A DNA stretch of 64,000 bases from Octopus vulgaris (Eukaryota). Shown here in pieces: positions 1-12,683 of this stretch (its first letter is position 1; every line of letters starts with the position of its first letter). The DNA lies in assembly GCA_951406725.2 (NCBI GenBank), contig OX597819.1, positions 61,442,001 through 61,506,000 on the forward strand, read 5' to 3'. Made by a program: the position numbers and the translations under genes. Below the pieces are notes generated by a model. That model was not told where the DNA came from, ran no database searches, and saw only the letters and a list, made by a program, of their open reading frames with translations.

Positions 1-229
1 GACATAACTTTCGCAAGGCAGGAGGAGGTCGAAACTGACATTTCAGAGTTCTTCACTTTGAAACCAAAAGTGTTTTACACTGATGGTATCAAAAAGCTTG
101 TAAACAGATGGAAGGTAGTCATAGATAATTAGGGAAATACATTGATGATTAGATTTCAATTAAATATAACATTTGATCACTTGATTTCTTTATTCAAAAT
201 TCGGACAGAACTCATGGTATGACCTGATA
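1..229 (+). mobile_element. mariner transposase 3' remnant with right terminal inverted repeat
   Basis: Frame 1 reads DITFARQEEVETDISEFFTLKPKVFYTDGIKKLVNRWKVVIDN*, matching the mariner C-terminus (FF.SKP..FY..GI..L..RW..V.D). A TIR-like end (...gaactcatggtatgacctgata) terminates in TA at ~229. Confidence 0.75.
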
Positions 230-1084
230 GATTCATCTAGTATATCAAATAGAAATTTGCTTTTTCTTTCATATCTACTCCTCGCAGATCTCAGAAACTT
301 TTAGTTACGGTATTGAAGAGTTGTAGGCTTTTGAATCCTAAGCATTATTAGGCATTAGGATCTTTCTCCCGACGGAGTGGTTGTGAATTTTGTTACTATG
401 GAGTGGCGTCCAGTCCGGTCATTTGTATAGCTTTCATTCCCGAAGTTGAGTGATAGACTATCCAGGATCCTCCATATACTTATCCATCAGAACTTTTCGC
501 GTCTTCTCTCCTCTCTTGGGCGTCTGTTGAACCAAGGCAAGATCTTATTAAATTTCTTCCAACCACCTGAAGGTTTTCAAATTTTCACTAGATTATTTTC
601 TTCAAGGAATTAATAATAAAGAAATTACAGGCATTTAAAGTTATTAATTTTAGCCAATTCTGACATGGTCTGAGATTTTGCTGTCAGTAATAAGTCCCAT
701 TACATGACGCTGCAGGACTTCCAGTTTCTGTAGTGCAACAGAAGTCCAGTTGACTCATTTTAGCCTATATAAGACTACTGGCAGAACAAAGATACTAGAT
801 TTTATGAGAAGTAGAATTTTTGAAGTGCAATTTTCTTCATATTAAAGACTGCCAGGGTCCGATTCTTGGTTCGCATCTCTTTTGAAGAGTGTTTTGAAGA
901 GTGTTTGTGTCCGAGGGAGACGAATTCAGAGAACATGCCAGAATTGAAGCTCTGAGACAAATAACCAAATTACCTCCAATCACCTCTGCCACCAAAAATA
1001 AAGTACTCATTCTGCTTGGGGACTCTAAACGAATGGTCTGTAGCGTCAGCAAGATCGGTTTGGAAGGTATGATTAATGGAAAGA

Positions 1085-1335
1085 GAAACAGATGTTGACG
1101 TAAAAACACAAAGGGCAGGGTCAAGCGGTGGGGCAGGGAGACAAACACAGACACACTGATATATATATATAGGACGGGCTTCTTTCAGTTCCCGTTCATT
1201 AAATTCACTCACAAGGCTTGGCTCGACCCGAAGCTATTATAGAACATACTTGCCCAAAGTGTCTCACAATGGGACTAAATTTGAAACCACGTGGCTGGGA
1301 AACAAACTTCCAGCCACACAGCCACATTTGCGACT
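1085..1335 (-). mobile_element. tRNA-derived CORE-like SINE (family A, internal microsatellite), partial
   Basis: Shares blocks cgggcttctttcagtt / cactcacaaggct / cttgcccaa / gggactaa with many other copies in the window. Confidence 0.75.
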
Positions 1336-1505
1336 ATGAATAATTCACAACATTTAATTTGGTATTTTACAATTTTAACAAAACCAACTTATAACTAAGT
1401 TAGCTCATTAAAAGTTTATCAAAGTAATCAATCAATCAATCAAATGTATTTTTGTGTGTTATGTCAGTGTATTTTTCTTCTTTATTCTTCTTTCGTTTTC
1501 TTCAG

Positions 1506-1692
1506 GTTTCCAGGCCGAGAATGCTCCACGTGAGTGTCAGTTGGTCATCAGCCCAAAGATCGGCGATATCTTTGTTCGAGTTGGAAGCTCGGGTACAATA
1601 ACTTGCGCAGTTCCTCAGACATGCAAACTTTCTGCTTATTCTGTAGCCTGGAGAAACTCAGATGGAATCTATCTCCATCAAGAATCTGTAAG
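1506..1692 (+). CDS. Exon encoding N-terminal half of an immunoglobulin (I-set-like) domain
   Basis: Polypyrimidine tract and ttcag acceptor (1505), phase 1 start. Peptide FQAENAPRECQLVISPKIGDIFVRVGSSGTITCAVPQTCKLSAYSVAWRNSDGIYLHQESV has the B-strand Cys (ITC) and C-strand Trp (VAW). Donor AG|gtac at 1693 gives phase 2, matching the next exon. Confidence 0.8.
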
Positions 1693-2239
1693 GTACATAT
1701 TGTATTTGATTATTCAGGACCGGCATACCGCTTAATTGTGTCGGTAAACACCGGTCCTTTCTTATTAGGAACAGCTCTTCTGTTTGGTAGTGTTGAATGG
1801 CTACTTCAAAATCACATCCACTGCTTTTATCATCATCATTTAACATCGGCTTTCAATACTGGTATGGCCTGGAGGGTTTAGCTAGAGCTGGCTAGTCGGT
1901 GAGCTGTATCAGGTTCTGAAAGAAAAGAGTCTCCTTGAAACATTTTGCGAAGACTGTTTTCATGCTCTACTGGGACGGGGAGGGAGAAAAACCTTTCTCA
2001 AATTTCAATTTTCTTGGCCTCTTTCCTATTACTTCTCTGGGACCCAATGTACTAGCAGAACTCCCACCTGACATGGCCCGGATACGAAAAAGGTGTGTGT
2101 GTGTGTGTGTGTGAGTGAGTGGGAGAGAAAGAGAGAGAGAGCGCGCGTGCGTATCTCTGTGTACAATTTTATTTTTTTGCTTGATATTCTGTAACCTGGA
2201 AACCAAGATCTGTCAAACTGCAGATTAACACAAAGGAGC

Positions 2240-2768
2240 CGATTCTTTTCTACTTTAGGCACAAGGCCCGAAATTCTTGAGGAGGGAGCCAGTCGATTAG
2301 ATCGACCCCATAATTGATACTTAATTTATCGACCCCGAAAGGATGAAAGGCAAAGTCAACCTCGAAGGAATTTTAACTCAGAACGTAAAGACAGACGAAA
2401 TACCTATTTCTTTACTGCCCACAAGGGGCTAGACACAGAGGGAACAAACGAGGACAGATAAACGGATTAAGTCGATTACATCGACCCCAGTGCGTAACTG
2501 GTACTTATTTAATCGACCCCGAAAGAATGAAAGGCAAAGTCGACCCCGGCGGAATTTGAACTTAGAACGTAGCGGCGGACGAAATACCTATTTCTTTACT
2601 ACCCACAAGGGGCTAAACACAGAGAGGACAAACAAGGACAGACACACGGATTAAGTCGATTATATCGACCCTAGTGCGTAACTGGTACTTGAATTTGAAC
2701 TCAGAACGTAGTGGCAGACGAAATACCGCTAAGCATTTCGCCCGGCGTGCTAACGTTTCTGCCAGTTA
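2240..2768 (-). mobile_element. tRNA-derived SINE family B, internally multimerised
   Basis: Repeated ~180-bp body (ttactacccacaaggggctaaacacagag...gtcgacctcggcggaatttgaactcagaacg). Reverse complement carries A box-like tggcagaaacgttag and B box gagttcaaattcc. Confidence 0.85.
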
Positions 2769-2934
2769 GATATGTATTAATATTAACAATAAACATATTA
2801 GAACATGTTTAGTGATTCAATGACACGTTATCACCACATGTTAGAAGTTAGTGAGTGTAAGTCAATGAGAGCAACTGGTGCAGCTAGCAACATATCGTCA
2901 TGTTGAGCTGGAACCTATGATATAAGACATATTT

Positions 2935-3111
2935 TGTTTTTTACTTGTTTCTGTCACTGAACTGCAGCCATGCTGGAGCACAATCTTAAAGGATTTGGTC
3001 GAACAAATTAGCGCCAGTACATATTTTTCAATCTGGTAATTAGTGAATCGGCTTCTAATGCCGATTCACTAAGTTGCGGAGACATAAACAAGCACACATT
3101 GGTTGTGAACA

Positions 3112-3159
<48 letters not shown>

Positions 3160-3275
3160 TGACAGGCTTCTACAAAATTCTAAATTCATTTACAAGGGAT
3201 TGGGTGGCATTTGGCCAAGGGGCTATCCGAAACACTGTGGCTGCAAAGCAAGTTCCTTGATGGCACAGCCATATC
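2935..3275 (-). mobile_element. SINE family A, diverged copy with (CA)n
   Basis: ttacttgtttctgtcactgaactgcagccatgctggagca tail, and internal (CA)n at the conserved position. Confidence 0.65.
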
Positions 3276-3434
3276 TGGAACAATATTTTATGGTGAAACC
3301 CTGCAACATGTTTAATGGTACTGAGGTCTTGAAATGTTTTTACTTGTGTAATTTTCAGCATTTTCATACTGGTTCAAGTCACCTCTTCCGTGTGGCAAAG
3401 TTAGACATATCGAAGCTTTGCTATCTCTCTCTCT

Positions 3435-3519
<85 letters not shown>

Positions 3520-3619
3520 CTCCTTGTGTGTGTGCGCGTGTGTATGTGTGTGTGCGTGTGCGTGTACATGCTTACAGTTTTCTAAGTAAAATCAAAAACA
3601 ATATTTAGAGATTTGTATA

Positions 3620-4390
3620 TACTTTTAGTCATATGTCCCCCTTTGTTCCACATTTCATTGTCTTTGATCCCATCCTCCCAGAATTGTGTCATGAACCGGT
3701 TTAAATGGCCTTGCAAATAATCGAAGTTCTTCACATTAAGTAAATTTCGTAGGGATCAAAATAGATGGTAATCTGAAGGTGCAAGTACACTAGGTATGAG
3801 TACACTAGGTATGACAAGACATCTCAACCAAACTTTAACAATTTCTACCGTGTCTGCAAGGAAACATGAGGCCTTGCGCTGTTCTAAAGGAAGACGACAC
3901 CCTTCGAATTGGCCAATTATGGACGTTTTTCATCGGTCATGTTAGGGATAGTGACTGTCTGAATTCAACATCTGATTTTGCGGATGAGCTCGTAATATAC
4001 CATACCCATATAATCGTACCAGATTCAGTGTCATTTTCTACGGATACTGACAAGTTTTTGGAGAGATTAATGGTAATTCATTTTCTTTTCTCCAGGATCT
4101 ATTTTCGCTCTACATTGTTACAAATAATCCACTTTTCACACCCATGATCATTCTTTGCACAAATGGAGCGTTTTTATTGTATTCGGTCAGAGATTCGCAG
4201 ATGGATGAGCAATCTATCAATTTTTTTTTTCGTTAAATTCCGAGGCACCCAAACGTCATCACGATTCACGCATCCGAGTATTTTTCAACGCCTTATTAAC
4301 GCTCATGAAATATATGGAGTATCTCTACGTTGTCTGATAATGACTGGGATTATTTTTAACTAGCATTTTGATTTGATTACCATCGACGAC
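3620..4390 (-). mobile_element. Decayed mariner transposase
   Basis: Minus strand gives DDVWVPRNL (WVPHEL motif), PFVQRMIMG/EKWII (first catalytic-D region) and LAPSDYHLF (YSPDLAPSD motif), with stops and frameshifts. Confidence 0.75.
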
Positions 4391-4548
4391 TAAAGGACAG
4401 GGTTTGTTTTTTACTTTACCGGAAATAACAGAATCAAACGACCTAAATGTATCCGTTTTCGTCTATTTCTGCATTCAAAGCAGTAGAAATAAGCTATTCA
4501 TGCAGTAACCATATACAAAAAATGTATTGAAATTTCATTTTTCATAAT

Positions 4549-4581
<33 letters not shown>

Positions 4582-4757
4582 TATATATAAATGAGTAAAT
4601 ATTCAAAATGAATACTCGATAAGGTATTATTATAATTGTTGTTATTACTATCAGCAGTAAAGAACGATACGAAATTTTGTTTCAACCCTTTGCCTATCTA
4701 TCTATCCATCCATCTATCTATCTATCCATCTGTCTATCTATCTGTATACGATGGGTG

Positions 4758-4789
<32 letters not shown>

Positions 4790-5076
4790 ATTTCAACAAT
4801 TGAGGGTAAAATTAATTGATTATTAATTAATTTCACCAAGTGTTCAGTATGCAAAGGGACCATTTAAGGCGAATTCAAATTATTACAATATATAAAAGGG
4901 CTTAGTAAAATAAATTACTTTGCCGCATACTGAACTCATTAGAAATAGCAGCTAAAAAACTTTTTTAAAAACCATTTCTAATACTTAAAGAAAATCTCTC
5001 TCATATAGTGTTTGGTCAACTCAACTCACGAAAGTTTGGGGGTAAAGACATCAAAAAATCAAATGCAAAGGTTATT

Positions 5077-5128
5077 TGAGAACGTACGTTTCAAGATTAG
5101 TCATCACGACACTTCTATCATCAGCTCA
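5077..5128 (-). ncRNA. Type I hammerhead ribozyme motif (560-bp unit, left arm)
   Basis: Reverse complement of the motif at 5843-5894. Confidence 0.65.
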
Positions 5129-5842
5129 GAAACTCCTTGGTTTGGATTTGAAAACACTGAAAGTGAGAGCATACTCTTTCGGCCTCTCATCGCTTTCGAA
5201 GATCTGCTCGTAACTAACAGTGCCAACAAACTCAAACATGCAAGCGAAGAATTTCTGCTTTCCCCTTTCCACCAGCGTGGGTTAAAATCAACAAACACTC
5301 TGCTTATTTCGGTAAAATCCGAAGCATTAATTAGAGGAGATTAATTATAATTTCAACAATTGAGGGTAAAATTAATTGATTATTAATTAATTTCACCAAG
5401 TGTTCAGTATGCAAAGGGACCATTTAAGGCGAATTCAAATTATTACAATATATAAAAGGGCTTAGTAAAATAAATTACTTTGCCGCATACTGAACTCATT
5501 AGAAATAGCAGCTAAAAAACTTTTTTAAAAACCATTTCTAATACTTAAAGAAAATCTCTCTCATATAGTGTTTGGTCAACTCAACTCACGAAAGTTAATT
5601 TTACCCTCAATTGTTGAAATTATAATTAATCTCCCTCTAATTAATGCTTCGGATTTTACCGAAATAAGCAGAGTGTTTGTTGATTTTAACCCACGCTGGT
5701 GGAAAGGGGAGAGCAGAAATTCTTCGCTTGCATGTTTGAGTTTGTTGGCACTGTTAGTTACGAGCAGATCTTCGAAAGCGATGAGAGGCCGAAAGAGTAT
5801 GCTCTCACTTTCAGTGTTTTCAAATCCAAACCAAGGAGTTTC

Positions 5843-5894
5843 TGAGCTGATGATAGAAGTGTCGTGATGACTAATCTTGAAACGTACGTTCTCA
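5843..5894 (+). ncRNA. Type I hammerhead ribozyme motif (560-bp unit, right arm)
   Basis: TGAG-CTGATGA-[T AGA..GTC gtgat GAC..TCT T]-GAAAC-GTAC-GTT-CTCA: stem I TGAG/CTCA, canonical core, palindromic stem III ACGTACGT, GUU triplet. Confidence 0.65.
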
Positions 5895-6484
5895 AATAAC
5901 CTTTGCATTTGATTTTTTGATGTCTTTACCCCCAAACTTTCGTGAGTTGAGTTGACCAAACACTATATGAGAGAGATTTTCTTTAAGTATTAGAAATGGT
6001 TTTTAAAAAAGTTTTTTAGCTGCTATTTCTAATGAGTTCAGTATGCGGCAAAGTAATTTATTTTACTAAGCCCTTTTATATATTGTAATATATATATATA
6101 TATATATAGGCATATAATGCACACACACACACAAGACTGTGTGCGTTTGAATGCCTCACTTAAATGGATATACTACAGGGAGACACACAACTGCAGTCTC
6201 CGTCTTGACAAAGCATCTTCTATAGAAGTAGATTGCTAAAAGGCTCAAAAGTCTACACGAGATGTTGTCTCGAGACGAATACCAGTTTTATGACTTTCTA
6301 TGGTATATGAACGTTAAGTTAGATATACAGGATGCTGGTTTGAAATAAAACTGCTTCCATCGCTAATAACGAATGCATGCATATTTATAAATGTGTGTAT
6401 ATGAATGTACGTATGTGTTTTTTTTCTTTTCACTTCATTTCTTAGAGATTCTTTTCTGATAAAAGACGTGCATTTCGTTTGCAG

Positions 6485-6621
6485 GATAAGCGCCGTGTCT
6501 GTCAACATTACAGTCTCCAATTTGGACTACAATCAAATCCTGTCTTCAGATATGGGAAATTACACTTGTGTGTCTCGTGTCGGAGACTACAGTATTCAGG
6601 CGCGCATTCATCTAAAAGCCG
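6485..6621 (+). CDS. Exon encoding C-terminal half of the Ig domain
   Basis: tttgcag acceptor, phase 2 start (AG+G = Arg). ISAVSVNITVSNLDYNQILSSDMGNYTCVSRVGDYSIQARIHLKA contains the D-x-G-x-Y-x-C Ig signature. Donor G|gtgagt at 6622, phase 1. Confidence 0.85.
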
Positions 6622-6629
6622 GTGAGTAT

Positions 6630-7700
6630 ATCATCATCATCCCCATCGCTGTCATTATCATCATCATCATTTAACTGGCATTGGTTGGACTGCTTAACAC
6701 GAGCGGGCTGACCGCAGGGCTGCTCAAGCTCCGATTGTCTGTTTTGGCATGGTTTCTCTTCATAACGTTAACCACTTTGTAGAGTGTACTGGTACTTTTT
6801 TTTTACGTGGCACAGGCACAGGTGCTTTCTACGTGCATTGTAACCTGTTTCTTTGCTACCCACAAGGGGCTAAACACAGAAGGGACAAACAAGGACAGAC
6901 AAACGGATTAAGTCGATTATATCGACCCCAGTGCATAACTGGTACTTATTTAATCGACCCCGAAAGGATGAAAGGCAAAGTCGACCTCGGCGGAATTTGA
7001 ACTCAGAACGTAGCGGCAGACGAAATACCGCTAAGCATTTCACCCGCCGTGCTAACGTTTCTGCCAGCTCGCCGCCTTATTAACCATTGTAACCTGGCAC
7101 TGGCAAGGGAGCTTTTTACGTAATACCGAAACGGGTGCTTTTTTACGTGGCACCAGCACCCGCGGGCCCGCAAGACAAGAACGTCTCGGCTGAGAGATGG
7201 AGTTGGGAACATAGCCGTAAAGGACATGCTTGTGTGCATGGATGGCTATGATTTTACTTAGCTTGACGTGTCTTCTCAAGTACAGCAACTAAAGATCATT
7301 TCTCACAATTCCGTCCCACGTCTTCCTGCATTTACCCCTTCCACAGGTTCCGTCTATAATTAGAGATCAGCACTTCTTTATGCTGTCCTCATCCACACGC
7401 ATCACATGGCCATACCAGCATAGTCTTCTGTCTTCTATACACAACTGATGCCTCTTATACCCAATTTTTCTCTTAAATCGTTTACACTCTGTCGTTCACA
7501 TACACTGACATTACCCATCCAACAGAACATGCTGGCTTCTTTTCTTTCAAGCCTTCGAATGTCCTGAGTATTCACAGCCCATGTTTCACTACCATGTGGC
7601 ATAGCTGCTCGTACACAGACGTCATACAATCTGCTTCTCACTCTGAGAAAGAGGCCCTTTGTTACCCACAAAGTTAGCAGCTCTCTGAACTTCTACTTAT
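6630..7700 (-). mobile_element. RTE-clade LINE 3' fragment with (GAT)n tail, interrupted by a SINE
   Basis: Minus ORF LRVRSRLYDVCVRAAMPHGSETWAV...RRLERKEASMFCWM...LREKLGIR, followed by a WYGHVMRMDEDS-like segment typical of the RTE RT C-terminus. Its 3' UTR recurs at ~9240-9620 and ~10625-10900. Confidence 0.75.
6848..7084 (-). mobile_element. SINE family B, full-length monomer with 12-bp TSD
   Basis: Flanked by cattgtaacctg at 6836-6847 and 7085-7096. Confidence 0.85.
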
Positions 7701-8098
7701 GGAGTCTCTAGAACAAACACGGCAATCTTTTTCGAGAAGCGGGCCACGATAGATATGATTCACTCTCAGGCAGACTGAACTCCTAAAAACAAATACCAAG
7801 TAATTTTACATTCAGGTGTGCCATTCTGAAAGCTCCCTAGGCCAGTGCTTCTCAAACTATCTGATGTAGCGTACCGGCAGTTTTTTTTTTTCAATGTGTC
7901 AGGGACCGGTAATATTTCTTACTAATATTAATTTATATCAGAAACAATATATATAATTACAGAGATGTACTTGCATAGCAAGTGACCTGATCTGAGATGG
8001 TGTGCTGAAACAAAAACAATTGCAGCTTGGAAGGTGTTTATAAGCCATTTAAAATCACAAAATATCGTTAGATTCATTCAACATTTAAATTTGATTTG

Positions 8099-8198
8099 TC
8101 AAAATATTTTCGTTGCTTCGAGACCGCGACCTAACAAAATTCTGAGATACAGCACGGAATCTTGTCAGATCACGGTCTCAAAGCGACGAAAATATTTT
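8099..8198. repeat. Imperfect ~100-bp fold-back palindrome
   Basis: caaaatattttcgttgcttcgagaccgcgacct ... agatcacggtctcaaagcgacgaaaatattttg. Confidence 0.7.
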
Positions 8199-8558
8199 GT
8201 CGATCTTTTTTATCTTATACTTATTTTGTAAAGAAATAATACAATATTACATAAGCTGATAAGTTGTTTACTACACTGCTCCGCTTTGCGTAACAATGCC
8301 CTAGGCTATAGTTTATCTGGCAACAAAATATGGCCTAGTTTTGCACGAATCCCATCCAATAATCTAGATAAGAAAAATGGGAGAAGAAAACGAAGAGTAC
8401 AACGAACAATATGACATAAAAAAAATGACAGGAGGTTCATGAAGGGAACGTACCTGATCATATTTGCTCTATCAGAGCAGACTGGAGGAGGGGGTGGGGA
8501 ATAAACTTCTTCGCGCTCTCACAAATCATTTTACCTCCTGTCTCCTCCACCTCCCCGT

Positions 8559-8597
<39 letters not shown>

Positions 8598-9239
8598 CTA
8601 TCTATCTATAGACACACACAAACACAGATCATCATCATCATCGCTTTAACGTTCATTTTTCCACGCTTGCTTGGGCCACACGGAATTGTTGAGGCAGATT
8701 TTTCTACTATCGTATGCTCGTGGTTATAATGGAAGACACATACCCAAGGTGCCACGCAGTGGGGCTGAACCCAGATCTAGTTAAATTTCTTCCAGCTACT
8801 TGAAATATTTCAAATTTTCTACACTGATATAGTTTTGCTTGATGATGACGAAAATCGCATTCATTATTTCCTAGAAATTAATAATGAAGAATTTAAAATT
8901 AAATAATTTTAGCGAATCGGAAGCTTCTATTGCCGATATATCGTATGTCGTAACCATTTCTTGTCATGGCAACATATACTGACGTTGTAGCAAAGAAAAT
9001 GCCGCGTGTCTGTGTCCGTGAGAAAAGGTACATAGCTGGAAAGGGTACTCCTCCTCTTAGCAGTTTAATTTTGTTTTTAATTGCTGGGTGCGATAATCGA
9101 TTGTGCTGGGAACAACGATTTACAGCGACCAGTGGCGAGCATACTTGCACAATCCTGAGATAGCAGAGACAGATTTGGTTTTCGTAGATGAGGAAGCGAA
9201 AAGACGCAGTAATACATGCGTCCGCAGCGAAAGGTCTTA

Positions 9240-9620
9240 TCACATCAACATTTAACGTCCGTTTTCTGTCTGACGTGGGTTGGAGGGCTTCACAGGAACT
9301 GACAAGGCTAGGGGGCGCGCAAGGTTCCGTAGTCTGTTTTGTGTTGGTTTCTGGTTTCTATGGCTGGATGCTCTTCCTAACGCCAACCATTCTACAATGT
9401 GTATTGGATGCTTTTTACGTGACGCCAGCACCAGTGCTTTTTGCGTGACACCATCACCAGTGCTTTTTACGTTGCGCCAGCACCAGTGCTTTTACGTGGT
9501 ACCATCACCAGGGTATTTCACGTGGCACCAGCACCCATACGAATGCTTTTTACTTGGCACCTTGTTTTTAGGATCTCAATTCTGTTGTGGTGGGCGGGTT
9601 TTCTCGAGTACAGGAATGCG
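9240..9620 (-). mobile_element. RTE-type LINE 3' UTR fragment with short internal gtgctttttacgtg repeats
   Basis: Similar to 6660-7290 and 10625-10900. Confidence 0.6.
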
Positions 9621-9658
9621 CCAATTAATCTTAACGAAAATTATGTTTCTTCTTCCAG

Positions 9659-9723
9659 AACTGAACATTGTGAGAGAAATTCCTGTGACCCCTAAAACTT
9701 CAGTAAATGAAATACCAAGTTAA
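9659..9723 (+). CDS. Probable next (possibly terminal) exon of the Ig-domain gene
   Basis: tttcttcttccag acceptor; phase 1 matches the 6621 donor. Reads (E)LNIVREIPVTPKTSVNEIPS-TAA, with AATAAA at ~9833. Confidence 0.5.
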
Positions 9724-10029
9724 AAAAAAACGTGCTAATGCTGTTTTATTGTCTTTTTTCTCTCCGCATATATAAAATAAGCGGGGACGAAGACCTGCAA
9801 AGTTTCGCCGGCTTCGTTTTAAGATCTGATGAAATAAAAGATGTTTAATTTCAACATTTTGCGTTCCATTTGCTTGTTGCTATATTTTTCTTTAACTGTC
9901 GTTGTTTAATCTCAGATTGGTCTAGATCAAAGATACTTATGACCAAATGTGTTCTGGCCATGACCATTCCGCCGATCTCATCTAATATGTTCCTTTCTCG
10001 TAGTTAGTTTTTTTATTGTTAGTATACCT

Positions 10030-10201
10030 TTTGCTTTTTACTTGCTTCAGTCATTGGACTACGGCCATGCTGGAGCACTGCCTTGAAGTCTTGTACTTAC
10101 TCTATCGGTCTCGTTCTTTTAACAAAACCGCCAGTTTATGGTGATGTAAACAACCCAAACCGGCTGTAAAGGAGCGGCTGACAAACAGAGGCACACACAC
10201 A

Positions 10202-10253
<52 letters not shown>

Positions 10254-10440
10254 TACACACAGAAGCACATACACATAAATGTATGCACATAGAAACACAT
10301 ACAACACGCACGCAATGAGCTTTTTTAACCTTCCATCTATCAGTTTCCCTCACAAGTGTTTGGTTAACTATTGCAGAAGGGGAAGACACTTACTAAGTGT
10401 TGCGTACAGTAGAATTGAACCTGAAACTACGTTGTTGTAG
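10030..10440 (-). mobile_element. SINE family A, diverged
   Basis: Family tail, internal (CA)n and head blocks. Confidence 0.7.
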
Positions 10441-11339
10441 GTCGTAACATAGGGATTGTCTTGGGTATTTTAAAACTGGTGCAGCCCCTCCTTTTCCTGG
10501 CCTGATCACTGAGAGAAAGCAAATTCAGATGCTGAGAGATGGAAAAACATACGGTCCCCCATTTTGGCACAAGGCCAAGAACTTTTGGGGGAAGAGTTTA
10601 GTAGATTACATCGACCCCACTGCTCATCATCATCATCGTTTAAGGTCTGTTTTCCATGCTGGAATGGGTTGGACGATTTGACTGAGGACTGGCAAGCCAG
10701 GAGGCTGCACCAGCCTCCAATTTGATCTGGCAAGGTTTCTACAGCTGGATGCCCTTCCTAATGCCAACCACTCCGAGAATATAGTGGGTGCTTTTTACGT
10801 GCCACCGGCACGGAAGCCAGTCAGGCGATACTGGCATCGACCACGTTCGGATAGTGCTTTTTACGTGCCACCAGCACGGGAGCCGGTCGGGGTGGGGGTA
10901 CTTGATACTTATTTTATCAACCCTGAAAGGCTGAAGAGCAGAGTCGACCTCGGCGGAATTTGAACCCAGAACGGAAAGATGGATTGAATGCTGCTAAGCA
11001 TCATGCCAGGCGTGCTAACGACTCTGTCAGCGCATTGCTTTAAAGATGCGGAACAAATATTATAAAACATTATAAAAGACATTCTCAAATGCCTATAATT
11101 TTGCTGCTAATTCCGCATCTATGTGTGTGTACTCATATACAAATCTGTCTGTATGTGTGTGTGTGTGTGTCACCTGTATCGATCAGACTAACGGTTGTTG
11201 TTATACACCGTTTGTCACAATGCGCTTCGAATTCTTTCTTGATTGCGGCCTTCTTTTCTATCTTGGCCCAAATCATTTTAAATAAAACGTCTTCCCATCG
11301 TCATGGAGGCATTTCTATTGGCTTTTTCCGATTTCTTAA

Positions 11340-11624
11340 ATGTTTCAGTCATGTGACTGTGGCCATGCTGGTGCACCGCCTTTAGTCGAGCAAATTGACC
11401 TCAGGACTTATTCTTTGTAAGCCTAGTACTTATTCTATCGGTCTCTTTTGTCGAACTGCTATGTTACGGGGATGTAAATACACCAGCATCGGTTGTCAAG
11501 CGATGTTGGGGGGGACAAACACAAACATACACACACACAGACACACACACACACACACACACATATAGGTGGTGCTCCACCATGGCCGCAGTCAAATGAC
11601 TGAAACAAGTAAAAGAGTAAATGA

Positions 11625-11721
<97 letters not shown>

Positions 11722-11868
11722 CATACGATGGGCTTCTTTCAGTTTCCGTCTACCGAATCCTCTCACAAGGCTTTGGTCAGGCCGAGGCTATAGTAGAAGA
11801 CACTTGGCTAAGGTGCCACGCAGTGGGACTGAACCCGGAACCATGTGGTTCGTTAGCAAGCTACTTTA
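11340..11868 (-). mobile_element. SINE family A with small inverted tail fragment inside its microsatellite
   Basis: Body 11340-11560 and head 11725-11868. 11568-11620 is a reverse-oriented copy of the tail (ggtggtgctccaccatggccgcagtcaaatgactgaaacaagtaaaagag). Confidence 0.8.
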
Positions 11869-12264
11869 TTTCATTAAGATTTGCCATGTTAAATGTCAAT
11901 TCAAAAGAAGGAAAGAGTGGGGTTTGAATAATTCACGTTTGGAAACATGGGTTGTTCGTTCAACATCCTTAAAGAACCCTTTTTTAGGGACCTTTTGAGC
12001 ATGGTGGGTTACTCGACCAGAAGAAAATTCTATCTGGGATCCCACCTGCAAGGTCATGTGCTGTTTATCTTGATATGAGATCACCATGTTGCGCTCATAT
12101 GTTTGTGATGCATGTGCCTAGTGTACCCTTATCAGACGGGTGGTCATGAAGGGTATACTGGCTTGTCACTTTGATGGCATGCACTGCTCTCTCACTCAAT
12201 AATAATAATAATAATAACATCGAAAAATACCTAAGTAATGAGAACCCAGGTTCTAAATTTCTCC

Positions 12265-12315
12265 AAGAGACTTGATGAAGGTTGGAGCGTATATCAGCCG
12301 AAACGTGTTCACAAC
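12265..12315 (+). ncRNA. Degenerate minimal hammerhead motif in a Penelope-type terminal fragment
   Basis: TTGATGA-A-GGTTG-gagcgtatat-CAGCC-GAAAC-GT-GTT. C3 is mutated and stem I is not convincing. Confidence 0.45.
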
Positions 12316-12683
12316 AAGCAAGATGAGGACAAATATCCGTCAAATGTAAATAATGTAGATAATTCCTCATCTCTTAAATATAGTACTGAATGTGGTTATG
12401 TTATTAAGTAATAATTTTTAAAACTGGTTTTAAGGAGAAAAAGATCAAATTGCTTAGCGTCACTGGAAATTTCAACAATAGATGGAATGTAGTTGGTTTA
12501 TATTTCCTATACAAAAAGGGAAGTTATGGCCTAAAATATAATGTAACATAATGTAGAATATGAATTATAACACAGAAAGGGCGGCTCCAGCAGAGGAAAC
12601 AAGCTAAGCAACAAATGCCAACCCCTACCAAAAAGAAGATATTTTGATTTTTTTATTTTTATGATGCTTTCTACACTCTGGAC

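Larger units (their letters stand above)
4787..6089. mobile_element. Non-coding 560-bp-unit element: ~1.45 tandem units plus inverted arm, inside (TA)n, hammerhead-bearing
   Basis: tttcaacaat at 4791 and 5351 gives period 560. 5595-6089 is the reverse complement of ~4881-5375. (TA)n lies on both flanks. Confidence 0.85.
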
